Shown here: positions 27,552-41,943 of the stretch, one piece after another | How the letters are laid out: each line of letters begins with the position of its first letter | How positions within the stretch are numbered: position 1 is the first letter of the stretch | NCBI GenBank assembly: GCA_051294375.1 | Contig: CM119264.1 | Span: forward strand, 8,864,764 to 8,928,763 | Origin: Paraspadella gotoi | Taxonomy: Eukaryota > Animalia > Chaetognatha | Direction of reading: 5' to 3' | DNA length: 64,000 nucleotides | Made by a program: the position numbers and the translations under genes | Notes under the pieces: model-generated | Databases searched by the model: none | What the model saw: the letters and a program-made list of their open reading frames with translations, nothing else | Told to the model about the DNA's origin: nothing

Positions 27552-29166
27552 TTTTTTTTTATTCTCTCTCTCTTTCTTTCTCTCTCACCGACTATGATGA
27601 AACCGTCTCTCTCTTCTTTTTATTTTTCTCTCTCTTCTCGTTCATAAATCAAGCTCTCACATTATTTTATTACTTTCCAAAATTTACGTACACCCATCGC
27701 AAAATATATACTTATTTAAAAGGAAATAATACGGACTATCTGAGACTGAGAAGCGTAATAACAACAAATAAGATGATTTAGTGGCAATTGTGAAGTCAGA
27801 GATCGAGTTCGTCTCTGAGGGAGAAAAATAGAATTTCGCGTTTCTGTTTCCGCGAATTGGATTTGATCAACGAATGTTTTTGAAGGTTCGAACAGTCGCC
27901 CACCTCATTTTTTGGTTTGTTAAATTTTTTTAAAAAATCTATTTTTATCTCAAAATTACGCCTAGTCTACAACGTCAACCATTTTTAATCATGATCAAAG
28001 GTTTTTTTATTAATAATAATATTGAATCCCTCTCCAAATCTCTCTCTCACTCACTCTCTCTCTCTCTCTCTCTCTCTCTCAGCCACCGAGTCCCTCCAGG
28101 ACCTGAACTGCATAATTGGATGAAGGGACGGGGTCTCGCGAAGGCGTGGGCCTGAATTTTTTGAAATACTTTGGGGAAAAAACAGTAGGAGGAAGAGACG
28201 CAAGAGAGAAAAAAACAGTTAGAGAGCGAGGGAGAAAGAAAGAGAGAGAGAGTGAGTGAGACAGAGAGAGAGATGATAATGACCCCGTTCCCCTTTTTTC
28301 TCCCAGTGTCTGTTTTTTTTTTTTTTGTTGTTTTTTTTTATTCAACAGGTGATATGCATTTGAAAAAGTGAACTAATGTATTCCATCCTCTTTTCTTTTT
28401 TCTCATCCTTCTTATGCCCCCTTATACTTCCCTCCTCTCCTTTTCCGCCTCCTCCCCTCTACCTCTTCTTCTCCTCTCGCCTTCTTCCTCTCACTTAGGT
28501 TTTCGTCGAATTAAGAGAAGGAAGACCGAGGGTTGCCATGGTAGCGGTCTCTCTCGTCGCTTCTTTGTCGCAATAACTTCCGGTGAAAGCATCTTTGACC
28601 TCGTTGGCTTCGGTTTACGGGTTATTAACAACGATTTGTCGCTTTTTTTAGTCTTTTGGTGTTTTGGACGTTTCTTCCTTTTTTTCGATTGTTGACTGTT
28701 GAGCGACGTTGCTTAAAATGTACATTGAACATGGAATCTTTCATTTAACTTAAATGATATTTTGATTCCAAAAACGTACTTGTCAAAGTTTATCAGGGTT
28801 TTGGAAAGTTTTGGGGGTAAAGGAAAGCCTGTCGTAACTTTTAATCGGTTTCGAGATGAATGCTTCGATTGCCACGTGGCGCAGGGCGGAAAATGCATGC
28901 TGCGATGCCGCAACTTTATAATACCGGGACAACGACCGAAAAAAAATCAAACTCCAGTTCGTCTGATATTCATAACCCGACTCGAAAGCGAAAAAGGGAG
29001 AAAAAGAAGAGAGAAAATAAAAGCAAAAGAAATTTTAAAAAAAGCAAGGAAAAAAAAAAGTCGGGAACGGGCGAAAAAAAAAACCCACCGAAGATGGAAA
29101 CTCGATGCCTTTTCTTTCTGATTCCTCATCCTTTGGTCAAAATTGCGTCTTAGATGCAACCTAGAT

Positions 29167-29222
<56 letters not shown>

Positions 29223-29470
29223 ACTCTCTCTCTCTCTCTCTCTCTCTTTGTTTTTTACTTTTGGTTGCTTGGATATCGTGGCAGAGATTTATTTCGTTTT
29301 TCTCTTCTGATCGCTTTTTTTTTCTCTTCCATTTTTTGGGGATATGAGTTTTGCATCTTTTTATTCATGTTCACTTTGCCTTTCTGATATGAATATGAAA
29401 AAAGGACTTATTTTGAAGGAAAAAAGGTAAAAAGTAATAAAAAGAAAAACGGAAAGAAAAAGAAAAAAAT

Positions 29471-29561
<91 letters not shown>

Positions 29562-29709
29562 TGCTAAGAAAGAAGAAATTGTGATGCGATGTTTGCCCTA
29601 ATGTTTATCCAAGGGCCACTAAAACCGGCGGAACCCATGATTGTAAAAAGGGAAAACATGTGGGCCAATATAGAGGCGGCAGCTTGGGAGAAAAGGAAAA
29701 CCAGGGTGA

Positions 29710-29788
<79 letters not shown>

Positions 29789-29881
29789 CTCTAGTGAGTA
29801 GGTGCACTTAACACCCAAAGCCGATGATGAGATGATCATCCATGCATTAAAAGGACTATGATCCCCGAAAAGAAAAAGAGA

Positions 29882-29916
<35 letters not shown>

Positions 29917-30935
29917 TTAATGACCGACTGAAAGCCATGATGAGGATGGAAGCCTCTTGAGTTGAGCGACGAAGAAGATGGCGCAGTCATCGCCGTCGCC
30001 TTGTCGTCGTTGTTGTTGTTGTGGGGAGACGACAATCCTCGTCATCGTCGCTTCGCCGTCGTACCGATCGTTTGTCATCGTCGTCGTCGTCGTCGTCGTC
30101 GTCGTCTCCGCGTCGACATTGTTGTTATTGATCGTCGTCTGTGATCGATGTGTGAGTCCCCAATCGTAATTATCTCCGTCGTCTTCTTCAATATTCGAAG
30201 ATTCAACTGAACTCCGAGTTGAGTGAGTCGATGAAATATAGAACGGGGAAGGAAGAAAGAGGAAGAACAAAACGAAGAAAAATAACAAATAAAAAAAGAA
30301 GGAGAAAAAAGAACAAATGCAGAGCAGGAGGATGAGGGAGAGGTCAAAATGGAAACAAAAAAACGGAGCGTGAAAAGAAAAAATGCCAGAGATGATCGCT
30401 TGTTTTTTGATGTAGATTTGAACCGGGTTAAAACATCCACCTCGACTCTGAAGCGAACAGCGTATTTTATTCGACGAATAATGTTTAGTTAAAACATGCG
30501 GGACCTCCTTATTTTATAGCTTTCGAAAAAAATATTTTAAAATTTAAATTAATTTGAAATCATATATAAAGCGAAAATAAGTATGTTTTATAGAATTTAC
30601 TTTTTTTATTAAAAAAAAATCATTTCTGAAGGGGATTCGCTTGTATTATTCTGCAAGAAAACTAAGTGCCTGTCATCATCATTCCAGGCAAAAAACTTTC
30701 ATTTGCAAAATGAAAATGAAAAATTTTAAATGATAAAATGGAGAGTGGGGGGAAAAAAAGTAGAAAGAAAAAATATCTGATTTTAATGGAAAATATATTG
30801 GAATTGTGAGAAACTTAAAAGCGGTATATTTCTTGAACCAATTTTATTCAAAATACAAATATACGGAGAATATAATTAAGATTAAAGAAGGAAACGAATT
30901 ACATTTGAAATATAAAATAGGATCAGGAAAGAAAA

Positions 30936-31011
<76 letters not shown>

Positions 31012-31034
31012 AAAGAAAAGAGGAGCATTCGTCT

Positions 31035-31200
31035 CACCCAGCTCACCCACGCCTTCCTCTCCCCTCTCACCTCGAACTGACACGTGATCTTCACGTGGCT
31101 CCTCTTCCTCTCATCNNNNNNNNNNTTTCTTTATTTTCCTTTTTCGTTTCCGCTTCGATTGAAAAAGCGATGGTTTCGAGTCACTGAGCGGAAGTAAGTG
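31035..31200. promoter_or_regulatory. Candidate bidirectional promoter with paired E-boxes and ETS-like motifs
   Basis: CACGTG at 31081 and 31092, GCGGAAGT at ~31188, and outward-facing donor-like sites (GTAAGT on + at 31194; GTGAG on - at ~31038 and ~31047). Confidence 0.3.
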
Positions 31201-32117
31201 TATTTTCGCCGCCAGCTCTGATTTTTAGGTTTCTTTTTAAAAAGGTCATAATAGTTGTGAATGTTTGAGAAGAAAAAAGCGGAAAAAATATATGGGCCAT
31301 TAGGAATCGTGAGGGAGATTTAACAAGAAAATTAAATTATTTTAAATTACACTTAATATTCTCGTTCGTAGTCGTTTTTGTCGTTTTTGTCGTTTTTGTC
31401 GTCGTCGTCATAGATTTCGTTAGGTCTGTTATCGTTGTTGTTGTTACTTCGGTTTCAAAATGACCGAAGCAAAATGACCTCGAAAATTGTACCNNNNNNN
31501 NNNNNNNNNNNNNNNNNNTATAAGAAGAACCAAAAATTTTAAGTATTCCATTCACTGGTAATTTCCCTTTCTTTTGTTGTTTTTGGAGGAGAGTGGACAA
31601 GTAACAGAGTTACCTTGTCATTTCTCTTAGACATTTCGGTGAGACGAAACGTTAATTCATAATTACGTACGAATGTTTCAGGTTCTTTTGTACATTTGAG
31701 ACCTAGTCTTCAGAGTAAGAAGATTGATTTAATTCCGGAAAAAATAGAGATTTTAAAAAAAAAAATTAATTCTAAACTGTTGAGAAAATAAAGATCTTAT
31801 ATAAGCTCAACCAAAGCCTGTGTAGCGTAGCATTGGCATTTGCTCGGATAGCCTGTACATGTATAATCAAACTTTGAAATAGCTTTCATAGAGTATCAAT
31901 TACTGTTAACGTTGTGTTTTCGTTTTACTTTGCTATTTGGGGAGGGTTAGACTTATTGTAATTTTGTTGATGTGTGTTGTCACTGTATCAAATTCTTGAT
32001 GATGAAATAAACTCACTATATATCTAATTTAATAAATAATACTTATACAAATAGTTTCAGCCAATTTTCTTTTCCTTTCTTTCTAACGTTTGGTAAACAA
32101 AGCGGTCGACCGCCGCG

Positions 32118-32445
32118 ATGAAGAATAATGGGAAGTTCATTTCTGACGCCGTGAGGGATGTTGTTGTCGTCATTGTTTATTTGTTGTCGTTGTCGTCGGT
32201 CGTCGATCTTCGTTCTCTACATGAACAAATGATCAGGACGCTTCCACCGAATGGCGCGTTTCCTGACGGTGGCATTATGGAACCGCTGAAGGTAAATTCC
32301 GGCCACAACAACAACAAAGAGGAAAAAAACACCGACAGCGGTCGACGAAAAACACGACGACGATTTCAACGACGAAAACTAATACAATTACAGAAGATTT
32401 GTCTCAATTAACCGCCCGGACGCGAAAACCTAATGAAGATTAGGG
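32118..32445 (+). CDS. Possible coding exon (Cys cluster, hydrophobic stretch, acidic/Asn stem; type II membrane-like), frame unresolved
   Basis: GC-richer island in AT-rich DNA. The two noisy copies give CCCRHCLFVVVVVVV..MEPLKVNSGHNNNKEEKNTDSVDENNDDDF but disagree on frame. Confidence 0.25.
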
Positions 32446-33144
32446 TGTATCTAAAACTTTGTAATATTTTGTTTTTTAAAAAAAATAAAGGTAATAATTA
32501 TTAGTGCTTTAAAATAATTTAATTTCTCAAATTTTGTTTGTATTTATATACAGATATATATAACTAGGCCGGAACAGGTTGAAACTAGAAGTTCTCTCAA
32601 ATAAAGTATATGATAAAAGTGACTGTTAAAGAATATGAAAATAAAATAATTTTAAAAAATTATCTTATTATAAGCGCACGGAAGCACTTTTAAAGATATT
32701 TTATTTACATTAATATATATGTTTAAAAAATTTTTTTGAATTTTTCCAATGTTTTTTTATAGATTCCGATAGAGCTGTTAAAAGAGAATAAAGCGTTATT
32801 AATACAAATTTTAAAAAAGATTTTTGTTTGTTTTCGATAAAATTATTTCAAAAACTAAAAAAAATCAGCCAATGAATGATGGCATGAGATGATTTTTAAA
32901 CGTTTTTTCTGTTTGTTATTAAACCATTTCTTGTCAAATTTTAAAAAAATGTAGACGTAACTCTTCATTTAATTTTTCAAGCTCTATAGAATCCGGTTCT
33001 TAAAACTAACTTTTTTTAAAAAAATTTTGTCATTTTTATTATATATAAATATTTAAAGCTTCAGTGCAACAACCCAATGATACTAATTCAAAAAGTTTGC
33101 ATTGAAAATCTATTTCAATCAGAAGGAAAAAAGGAATATTTTTT

Positions 33145-34021
33145 AGAGAGAATTAAAAGTTATAAATAGTTGTTCAATTTTAGCCCGCCTTAATGATTAC
33201 ATGTATCTTTTTTTGTTTCTTAGCAACAAAAAAAGGTGCTTCAAAAAAACAAATTAGCTATAAAAAATAGTCAGGAAGTTATGTGGAGAAAGATTATTAA
33301 ATTATTTTTATAACACTCTTTCTTTCAAATATTATAATCGGTTAAGTTGAATTACTATTTTAAAAAAAGAGAAAAACCTTTCTTTGTACAAACAAATTAC
33401 AACTGTTATGAAAAGATTTTTTGTCAATTAATTATTAAATATCTTCTATTTTGCGTATCTAAAAAAAATATAAATAAGATTTAATAAAAAAAATCAATTG
33501 GGTAATAGCATGTAATAAATTTAACATATTTTTTCTTTAATTTTGAGAACCCTCTAAACACTACGATTCAACTTATTCGTGTTGTGACTCAGGTTGCCCC
33601 ATTGATCATTCCAATTGGAGAAGAAAACTTTTATGAGGAGATAATTCGTTATTGCGAGTTGTAAAGCGGGAACATGATTCGATGTAATATACACAAAAAA
33701 TTTGCGTGTCTAAATTGTTAAATCGGTGAAAAAGCGCAAAAACCTACTTGAAGAAAGAAACTACTTTGTAACGTAAATACCATCTTTATTGTAATTTTCC
33801 CACGTCTCATTCTCTGTATTTTCGCTGTTCGCACTATTGTCGCTTATTTTACCCGCATACTCCTTCTCTCTCTTCATCTCTCTCTATTCTCTTTCCTCCT
33901 CGTCTTCTTTTCTCTCTCTCTCTCTCTCTTTCTCTCTCCTTTATTTCTCTCTCTTCTCTCTCTCTTCTCTCTCTCATCTCTTCTTCTATTTCTTCTACTC
34001 CTCTGCTTCTCTCTCTCTCTA

Positions 34022-34084
<63 letters not shown>

Positions 34085-34765
34085 CTCTCTCTCCGCGAAA
34101 TAGTGCGAACTGCGAAATACAGAGAATGAGAGGGAAAATTACAATAAAGAAGGTATTTACGTTAACAAAGATAATTTCTTTCTTCAAGTAGGTTTTGCTT
34201 TTCACGATTTAACAATTAAAACGCAAATTTTTTGTTGTTATAATCGAATCATGTTCCCGTTTAACTCGCAATAAACGAATTATCTCATAAAAGTTTTCTC
34301 TCCAGATGGCAAATGATCAATCGGCCGAACCTCATCAACAACGAATAAGTGAACCTCGTTGGTTAGAGTGTTCCCAAAATTAAAAAAAAATATGTTAAAT
34401 TTTTATTACATGTATTACCAATATGATTTTTTTTTATTAAATCTTATTTTATTTTTTTAGATACGAAAAATAGAATATTTAATAATTATTGAAAAAAATT
34501 TTTCATAACAGTTGTAATTTTAGTTGTACAAAGAAAGGTTTTTTTTTTATTAAAATATAATTCAACTAACGATTATAAATATTTTAAAAAAGTGTTTATA
34601 AAAAAATAATTTTAATAATCTTTTCCTCACATAATTCCTGAATTTTTTTAGCTATTTGTTTTTTTGAGCACCTTTTTTGTTGCTAAGAAACAAAAAAAGA
34701 TACAGTGTATATATTAAGGCGGGCTAAAATTGAACACTTTTTATAACTTTTAATTCTCTCAAAAA
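33145..34765. repeat. Fold-back inverted repeat (arms ~33145-33835 and ~34095-34765) around a CT-rich tract
   Basis: e.g. TTTAGCCCGCCTTAAT (~33178) vs ATTAAGGCGGGCTAAA (~34713); the right arm ends at a 25-N gap. Confidence 0.9.
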
Positions 34766-34790
34766 NNNNNNNNNNNNNNNNNNNNNNNNN

Positions 34791-36150
34791 TAAAAAAAAT
34801 AGGTAATATTATTAGTGCTTCTAAAATAATTTTAATTATCTCAAATTTTGTTTGTATTTATATACAATAATATATAGGGCCGGAACAGGTTGAAAACTAG
34901 AAGTTTCTCTCAAATAAATAATGATAAAGTTGACTGTTAAGAAATATGAAAATAAAAATAATTTTAAAAAATTATCTTATTAATAAGCGGGCACGGAAGC
35001 ATTTAAAGATTATTTTATTTACTATATATAGTTAAAATTTTTGAATTTTTCAAATTTTTTTAATGGATTCTGATAGAGCTTTAAAAGTTAGATAAGTGTT
35101 ATTAATACAAATTTTAAAATTTTTTTTGTTTTATTGATAAAAATTTTAAAAAAACTAAAAAATTCATAGCCAATGATGTTCTGTTTTTACCAATTCCTTG
35201 TCAAAATTTTAAAAAAAATGTAGTACTACTTTCATTTAACTTTTCAAGCTCTATAGGAATCCGTTCTTCTTATAAAAACTAACTTTTTTAAAAAAAAAAT
35301 TTTTGTTCTTTGTTATATATTAATAAATATTTAAAAGGCTTGCAGTGCAACAACCCAATGAACTAAATTCAAAAAAAAAGTTGGCATTGAAATCTATTTA
35401 CTAATAGAAGGAGAAAAAGGAATTTTTTTTGAGAGAATTAAAAAGTTATAAAAAGTGTTCATTTTAGCGCCACCTTAAAATAAGACAGATTAATTTTTTT
35501 GTTTCTTAGCAACAAAAAGGTGCTGCAAAAAAAACAAATAGCTAAAAAAATTTATGAGAATTATGTAGGAAAAAGATTATTAAAATTAATTATTTCTTAT
35601 AAACATGTTTTTAAAAATATTTTAAATCGTTAGTTGAATTATATTATTATTTTAATAAAAAAAAAAACCTCTTCTCTCTTTTGTACAATCTAAAAATTAA
35701 CAACACTGTTATGAAAATTTTTTTTCAATAATTATTAAAAATTTCTGATGTTTTCTGTATCTAAAAAAAATAAATAAGATTTAATAAAAAAACATACATT
35801 GGTAAGAATGTAATAAAATTTTGTAACATATTTTTTTAATTATTTTATTTGGGATACACTCTTATAACACAACGAGTTCACTTATTCGTAGTTGATGAGG
35901 TTGGCGCCGGATTGAATCATTTGCCATCTGGGAGAGAACTCTTTATGAGATATTCGTTTAATTGGAGTATAAACGGGAACATGATTCGATTAATACAAGC
36001 AAAAATTTGCGTTTTAATTGTTAAATTCGTGAAAAGCAGAAAACCTTACTTGAAGAAAGAAAAATTATCTTTGTTAACGTAAATACAACTTCTTTAATTT
36101 GTAATTTTCTCCTCATTCTCTGTATTTCGGCAAGTTTCGCACTAATTTCG
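34791..36150 (+). repeat. Noisy direct duplicate of ~32478-33840
   Basis: Colinear match starting immediately after the 34766-34790 N gap (GGCCGGAACAGGTTGAAA in both). Confidence 0.9.
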
Positions 36151-38104
36151 GCTCAGTTTCCGCGCTTATCCTTCTCTTCTCTTCTCTCTCTCTCTCCATC
36201 CCTCGATCTCTCTCATCTCGTCCTCTCTCTCTCTTCTCTCTCGTCTCATCTCTCTCTCTCCTCTCTCTCTCCTCTATGCTCTTTTCCGTCTCTCGATCTC
36301 CCGCCTCGATTGTGTTCTACCCTAAGATAATTCTCTCTCTCGCTCTTTCTCTTCCTCTATTTTCTCTTTCTCTTTTCTCCTCCTCTCTTTCCTCAATCTC
36401 TCTCTCACTCCTCTATTCTCTTTCTCGGCCTCTCCTCACTCTCTCCTCCTCGCTCGTCCTCCCTTCTCCATCATCATCCTATCACTCTCATCTCTCTCTC
36501 TTCTCATCTCTCCTGTCTTTCCTCATTATCTCTTTCTAAAAGATAGATTTAATCCTTACTATCTCGTCGTAGTCTTGTCGGTTTGGTTCGTTTTTGGTTC
36601 GGTCGTCGTATTCAGATTTCGTTAGGTTCTGTTATCGTTGTTGTTGTTATTCTTACTCTTTTCGGTTTCAAAATGACCTCGAAGCACAATGCCCTCCCCA
36701 GATAATTCTCATGTACAATGCCCAACCGATGAGACTCGATCGGAAGAGAGAGAGAAGAGGAGAGAGAAGCATGCAGAGAGAGAGCAGAGGAGATGCGAGA
36801 GAGAGAGAGAGAGAGGAGAGAGAGAAATAAGAGAGAGAGAGAGAGAGAGAGAGGAAATAAGTAGAGAGAGAGAATACGTATGCCAGAGAGGCATCGTACA
36901 TGCAGGAGAGAGAGAGAGAGAGTAGAGAAGCTCACGAGAGAGGAAGCCAGAGAGAGTAGAGAAGAGTAGTATCAGAGGATCGATGAGAGAAAAGAGAAGG
37001 TATGCCGTGTGGAAACTTCGGTAGTCATAATTTTTAGAAGCGAGCGACTAGCGTAAATAACAAACAAAGAAATCGATGAAGCAGAACCACATATTTACAA
37101 ACGTAAAAAGGTCTATGACGTAATCGACGAATCAAAAAGACTAATTAACACGAGCATAAAAATTCGTTCTTGCACTATCGAAAACGCAAGGATATAAGTT
37201 GAAGTTGTAGTTGATCTTTCACAAACGTAAATTTAACTAATTAAAACGCATTTTAGTTGCCGTTGTGTGTATAAATCGTAGCATCTATCGTTATGCCGCT
37301 CGTATCTAACTGTACGCAATTCCAAACTCGAATGTCATGCCTCATAAAAAGTATTTCTCTTCCAGATGGCTTTTTTTTCCGCTTTTTTCTTCTCAAACAT
37401 TCAGCAACTATTATGACCTTTTTAAAAGAAACCTAAATCAGAGCTGGCGGCGAAATACACTTTACTTCGCGCTCAGTGACTCGAACGCATCGCTTTTTTC
37501 GAATTCGAAGCGGAACGAAAAAGGACAAATCAAGAAATGGGTGGAGAAAAAAATATGGGTGGGGAAAAATGATCCGAAAAATCGGAAGGAAAAAAAAAAT
37601 CCAGTGAGAAACCATACAAATCAAAACAGAACAACAACGAAATAAAAGTGGGAGAAGCACAAATGACAGGAAGGTTGGAAATGAATAAAAGAAAAGGGTG
37701 GATGATATCACCAAAAAATTGAAAAAAATGGGAAAAAAAAATAGTAGTGTAATTATTTATACATGTATTTTCGATAGCTCGTAATTAATGATTGTAATAA
37801 ATAAGTTAGAGTTTATAGATGATAAATCTTATGATTTTTATTTTTTTAGGAATACGAAAAATAGGAATATTTAATAAATTATTGGAATAATTTTCCATAC
37901 TAGAGAGTAGAGAGAGAGAGAGAAGAGGAGAGAGAGAGAGAGAGAGAGAGCAGAGAGAGAGCAGAGAGAGGAGAGGAGAGAGAAGAGAGAGAGAGCCTGG
38001 AGATGTACAGAAAACGAAGGCGATCAAAAAGGTATCTCGAAATCATCACGATTTTCCTTACTAAAGAGGAAAGCAAAAAAAAAAAAAGAGAAAGGGAGAA
38101 AGAT

Positions 38105-38222
38105 TAATGCAATCGGTGATGAGAGGAAGAGGAAGCACGTGAAGATCACGTGTCAGTTCGAGGTGTAGAGGGGAGAGGAAGGCGTGGGTGAGCTGGGTGA
38201 GACGAATGCTCCTCTTTTCTTT

Positions 38223-38278
<56 letters not shown>

Positions 38279-39156
38279 TTCTTTCTTTCTTTCTTTCTTT
38301 CCTTTTCTTTCTTTTTTCTTCTGATCCTATTTTATATTTCAATGTAATTGTTTCCTTCTTTAAATCTTAATTATATTCTCCGTATATTTCGTATTTTGAA
38401 TAAAAATTGGTTCAAGAAATTATACGCTTTTAAGTTTCTCACAATTCCAATATATTTTCCATTAAATCAGATATTTTTCTTTCTACTTTTTTTCCCCCGC
38501 ACATCTCCATTTTATCATTTTAAAATTTTTTCATTTTCATTTTGCAAATGAAAGTTTTTTGCCTGGAATGATGATGACAGGCACTTAGTTTTCTTGCAGA
38601 ATAATACAGCGAATCCCCTTCAGAAATGATTTTTTTTTAATAAAAAAAGTAAATTCTGATAAAACATACTTATTTTCGATTTATATATGATTTCAAATTA
38701 ATTTAAATTTTAATAATATTTTTTCGAAAAGTTAAAATAAGGAGGTCCCGCATGTTTTTAACTAAACATTATTCGTCGAATAAAATACGCTGTTCGCTTC
38801 AGAGTCGAGGTGGAATGTTTTTTAACCCGGTTCAAATCTACATCAAAAAACAAGCGATCATCTCTGGCATTTTTTCTTTTCACGCTCCGTTTTTTTGTTT
38901 CCATTTTGACCTCTCCCTCATCCTCCTGCTCTGCATTTGTTCTTTTTTCTCTCGCTTCTTATTTGTTATTTTTCTTCGTTTGTTCTTCCTCTTTCTTCCT
39001 TCCCGTTCTATATTTCATCGACTCACTCAACTCGGAGTTCAGTTGAATCTTCGAATATTGAAGAAGACGACGGAGTTAATTACGATTGGGGACTCACACA
39101 TCGATCACAGACTTCACACATCGATCAGCAGACGACGATCAATAACAACAATGCGA

Positions 39157-39208
<52 letters not shown>

Positions 39209-39385
39209 TGACAAACGATCGGTACGACGGGCGAAGCGACGATGACAGAGGATTGTCCGTCCTCCCCACAACAACCAACAACGACGACTACGACGACAAG
39301 GCGACGGCGATTGACTGGCGCCATCTTCTTCGTCGCTCAACTCAAGAGGCTTCCATCCTCATCATGGCTTTCAGTGCGTCATTAA

Positions 39386-39420
<35 letters not shown>

Positions 39421-39794
39421 TCTCTTTTTCTTTTCGGGGATCATAGTCCTTTTAATGCATGGATGATCATCTCATCATCGGCTTTGGGTGTTAAGTGCAC
39501 CTACTCACTAGAGTCTCTCTCTGTCTCTCTCTCTCTACTCTCTCTCTCTCTCTCTCTCTCTGTACTCTACATCGTTCGCATGGCTATCTCTCTCTCTCAT
39601 TGTCTCTTTCTACCGTTTCGCCCCAGCTCTCTCTCTCCATTGGCCCACTTTTTTCCTTTTCTCCAGCTGCCGCTCAATCATATTGGCCGCACATGTTTTC
39701 CCTTTTAGCAGATCATGGGTTCCGCCGGTTTTAGTGGCCCTTGGAATAAACATTAAGGCAACATCGCGCATCAACAATTTCTTCTTTCTTAGCA

Positions 39795-39833
<39 letters not shown>

Positions 39834-41274
39834 TGCTTTCTTTTTCTTCTTTCTTTCTTCTTTCTTTCTTTCTTTCTTTCTTTCTTATTTTTTTTTCTTT
39901 TTCTTTCGCGTTTTTCTTTTTAGTTTACTTTTACCTTTTTTCCTTCAAAATAAGCCTTTTTTCATATTCATATCAGAAAGGCAAAGTGAACATGAATAAA
40001 AAAGATGCAAAACTCATATCCCAAAAAATGGAAGAGAAAAAAAAAGCGATCAGAAGAGAAAAAATATCTTGCACGATATCCAAGCACCATAAGTAAACGA
40101 AACAAAGAAGAGAGAGAGAGAGAGAGAGAGGAGAGTGAAGAGAGAGAGAGAGAGAAAAGAGAGAGAGAGAGAGAGAGAGAGAGGCGAGGAGAGAGAGAAT
40201 CTAGGTTTGCATCTAAGACGGAATTTTGACGCAAAGGATGAGGAATCAGAAAGAAAGGCATCGAGTTTCCAATCTTCGTGGGTTTTTTTTTCTCGCCGTT
40301 CCCGACTTTTTTTGCTTTTTTTAAAAATTTCTTTTGCTTTTATTTTCTTCTCTCTTCTTTTTTCTCCCTTTTTCGCTTTCGAGTCGGGTTATGAATATCA
40401 GACGAATGCGGAGTTTGATTTTTTTTCGCGTCGTTGTCCCGGTATTATAAAGTTGCGGCATCGCAGCATGCATTTTCCGCCCTGCGCCACGTGGCAATCG
40501 AAGCATTCATCCTCGAAACCGATTAAAAGTTACGACAGGCTTTCCTTTACCCCAAACTTTCCAAAACCCTGATAATCTTGACAGTACGTTTTTGGAATCA
40601 AAATATCATTTAAGTTAAATGAAAGATTCCATGTTCAATGTACATTTTAAGACGTCGCTCAACAGTCAACAATCGAAAAAAAGGAAGAAAACGTAAAACA
40701 CCAAAAAGACTAAAAAAAGCGACAAATGTTGTTAATAACCGTAACCCGAAGCAAACGAGGTCAAAGATGTTGTTCACCGGAAGTTATTGCGACAAAGAAG
40801 CGACGAGAGAGACCGCTACATGGCAACCCTCGGTCTTCCTTCTCTTAATTCGACGAAACCTAAGTGAGAGGAAGAAGGCGAGAGAGAAGGAGGAGCGTAG
40901 AGGGGAGGAGGCGGAAAAGGAGAGGAGGGAAGTATAAAAGGGGGCATAAGAAGGATGAGAAATAAAGAAAAGAGGATGGAATACATTAGTTCACTTTTTC
41001 AAATGCATATCACCTGTTTGAATAAAAAAACAAAAAAAAAAAAAAAACAGACACTGGGAGAAAAGGGAACGGGGTCTTATTATCATCTTCCTCTCTGTCT
41101 CACTCTCATCTCTCTCTCTTTTCTTTCTTATCCCCTCGCTCTCTAACTGTTTTCTCTCTTGGCGTCTCTTCCTCCTACTTGTTTTCCCAAGTATTTCAAA
41201 AATTCGGCCCCACGCCTTCGCGAGACCCCGTCCATTCATCAATTATGCAGTTCAGGTCCTGGAGGGACTCGGTG

Positions 41275-41321
<47 letters not shown>

Positions 41322-41855
41322 AGAGAGAGGAGAGAGAGAAGAGAGAGAGAGGAGAGAGTAGAGTGAGTGAGAGAGAGATTTGGAGAGGGATTCAATATTA
41401 TTTATTAATAAAAACCTTTGATCATGATTAAAATGGTTGACGTTGTAGACTAGCGTAATTTTGAGATAAAAATAGATTTTTTAAAAAAATTTAACAAACC
41501 AAAAAATGAGGTGGGCGACTGTTCGAACCTTCAAAAACATTCGTTGATCAAATCCAATTCGCGGAAACAGAAACGCGAAATTCTATTTTTCTCCTCCAGA
41601 GACGAAACTCGATCTCTGACTTCACAATTGCCACTAAATCATCTTATTTGTTGTTATTACGCTTCTAGTCTCAGATAGTCCGTATTATTTCTTTTTAAAT
41701 AAGTATATATTTTGCGATGGGTGTACGTAAATTTTGGAAAGTAATAAAATAATGTGAGAGCTTGATTTATGAACGAGAAGAGAGAGAAAAATAAAAAGAA
41801 GAGAGAGACGGTTTCATCATAGTCGGTGAGAGAGAAAGAAAGGAGAGAGAGTAAT

Positions 41856-41943
<88 letters not shown>

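Noticed and set aside
33145-34765. Foldback transposon or hairpin-RNA locus
   Set aside because: The arms are copies of ordinary flanking sequence, indel-rich and ending at an N gap; no target-site duplication was seen.
38752-39708. 318-aa ORF
   Set aside because: Not open in the other copy (29564-30500); held open by (GAC)n, (TCG)n and (CT)n tracts.
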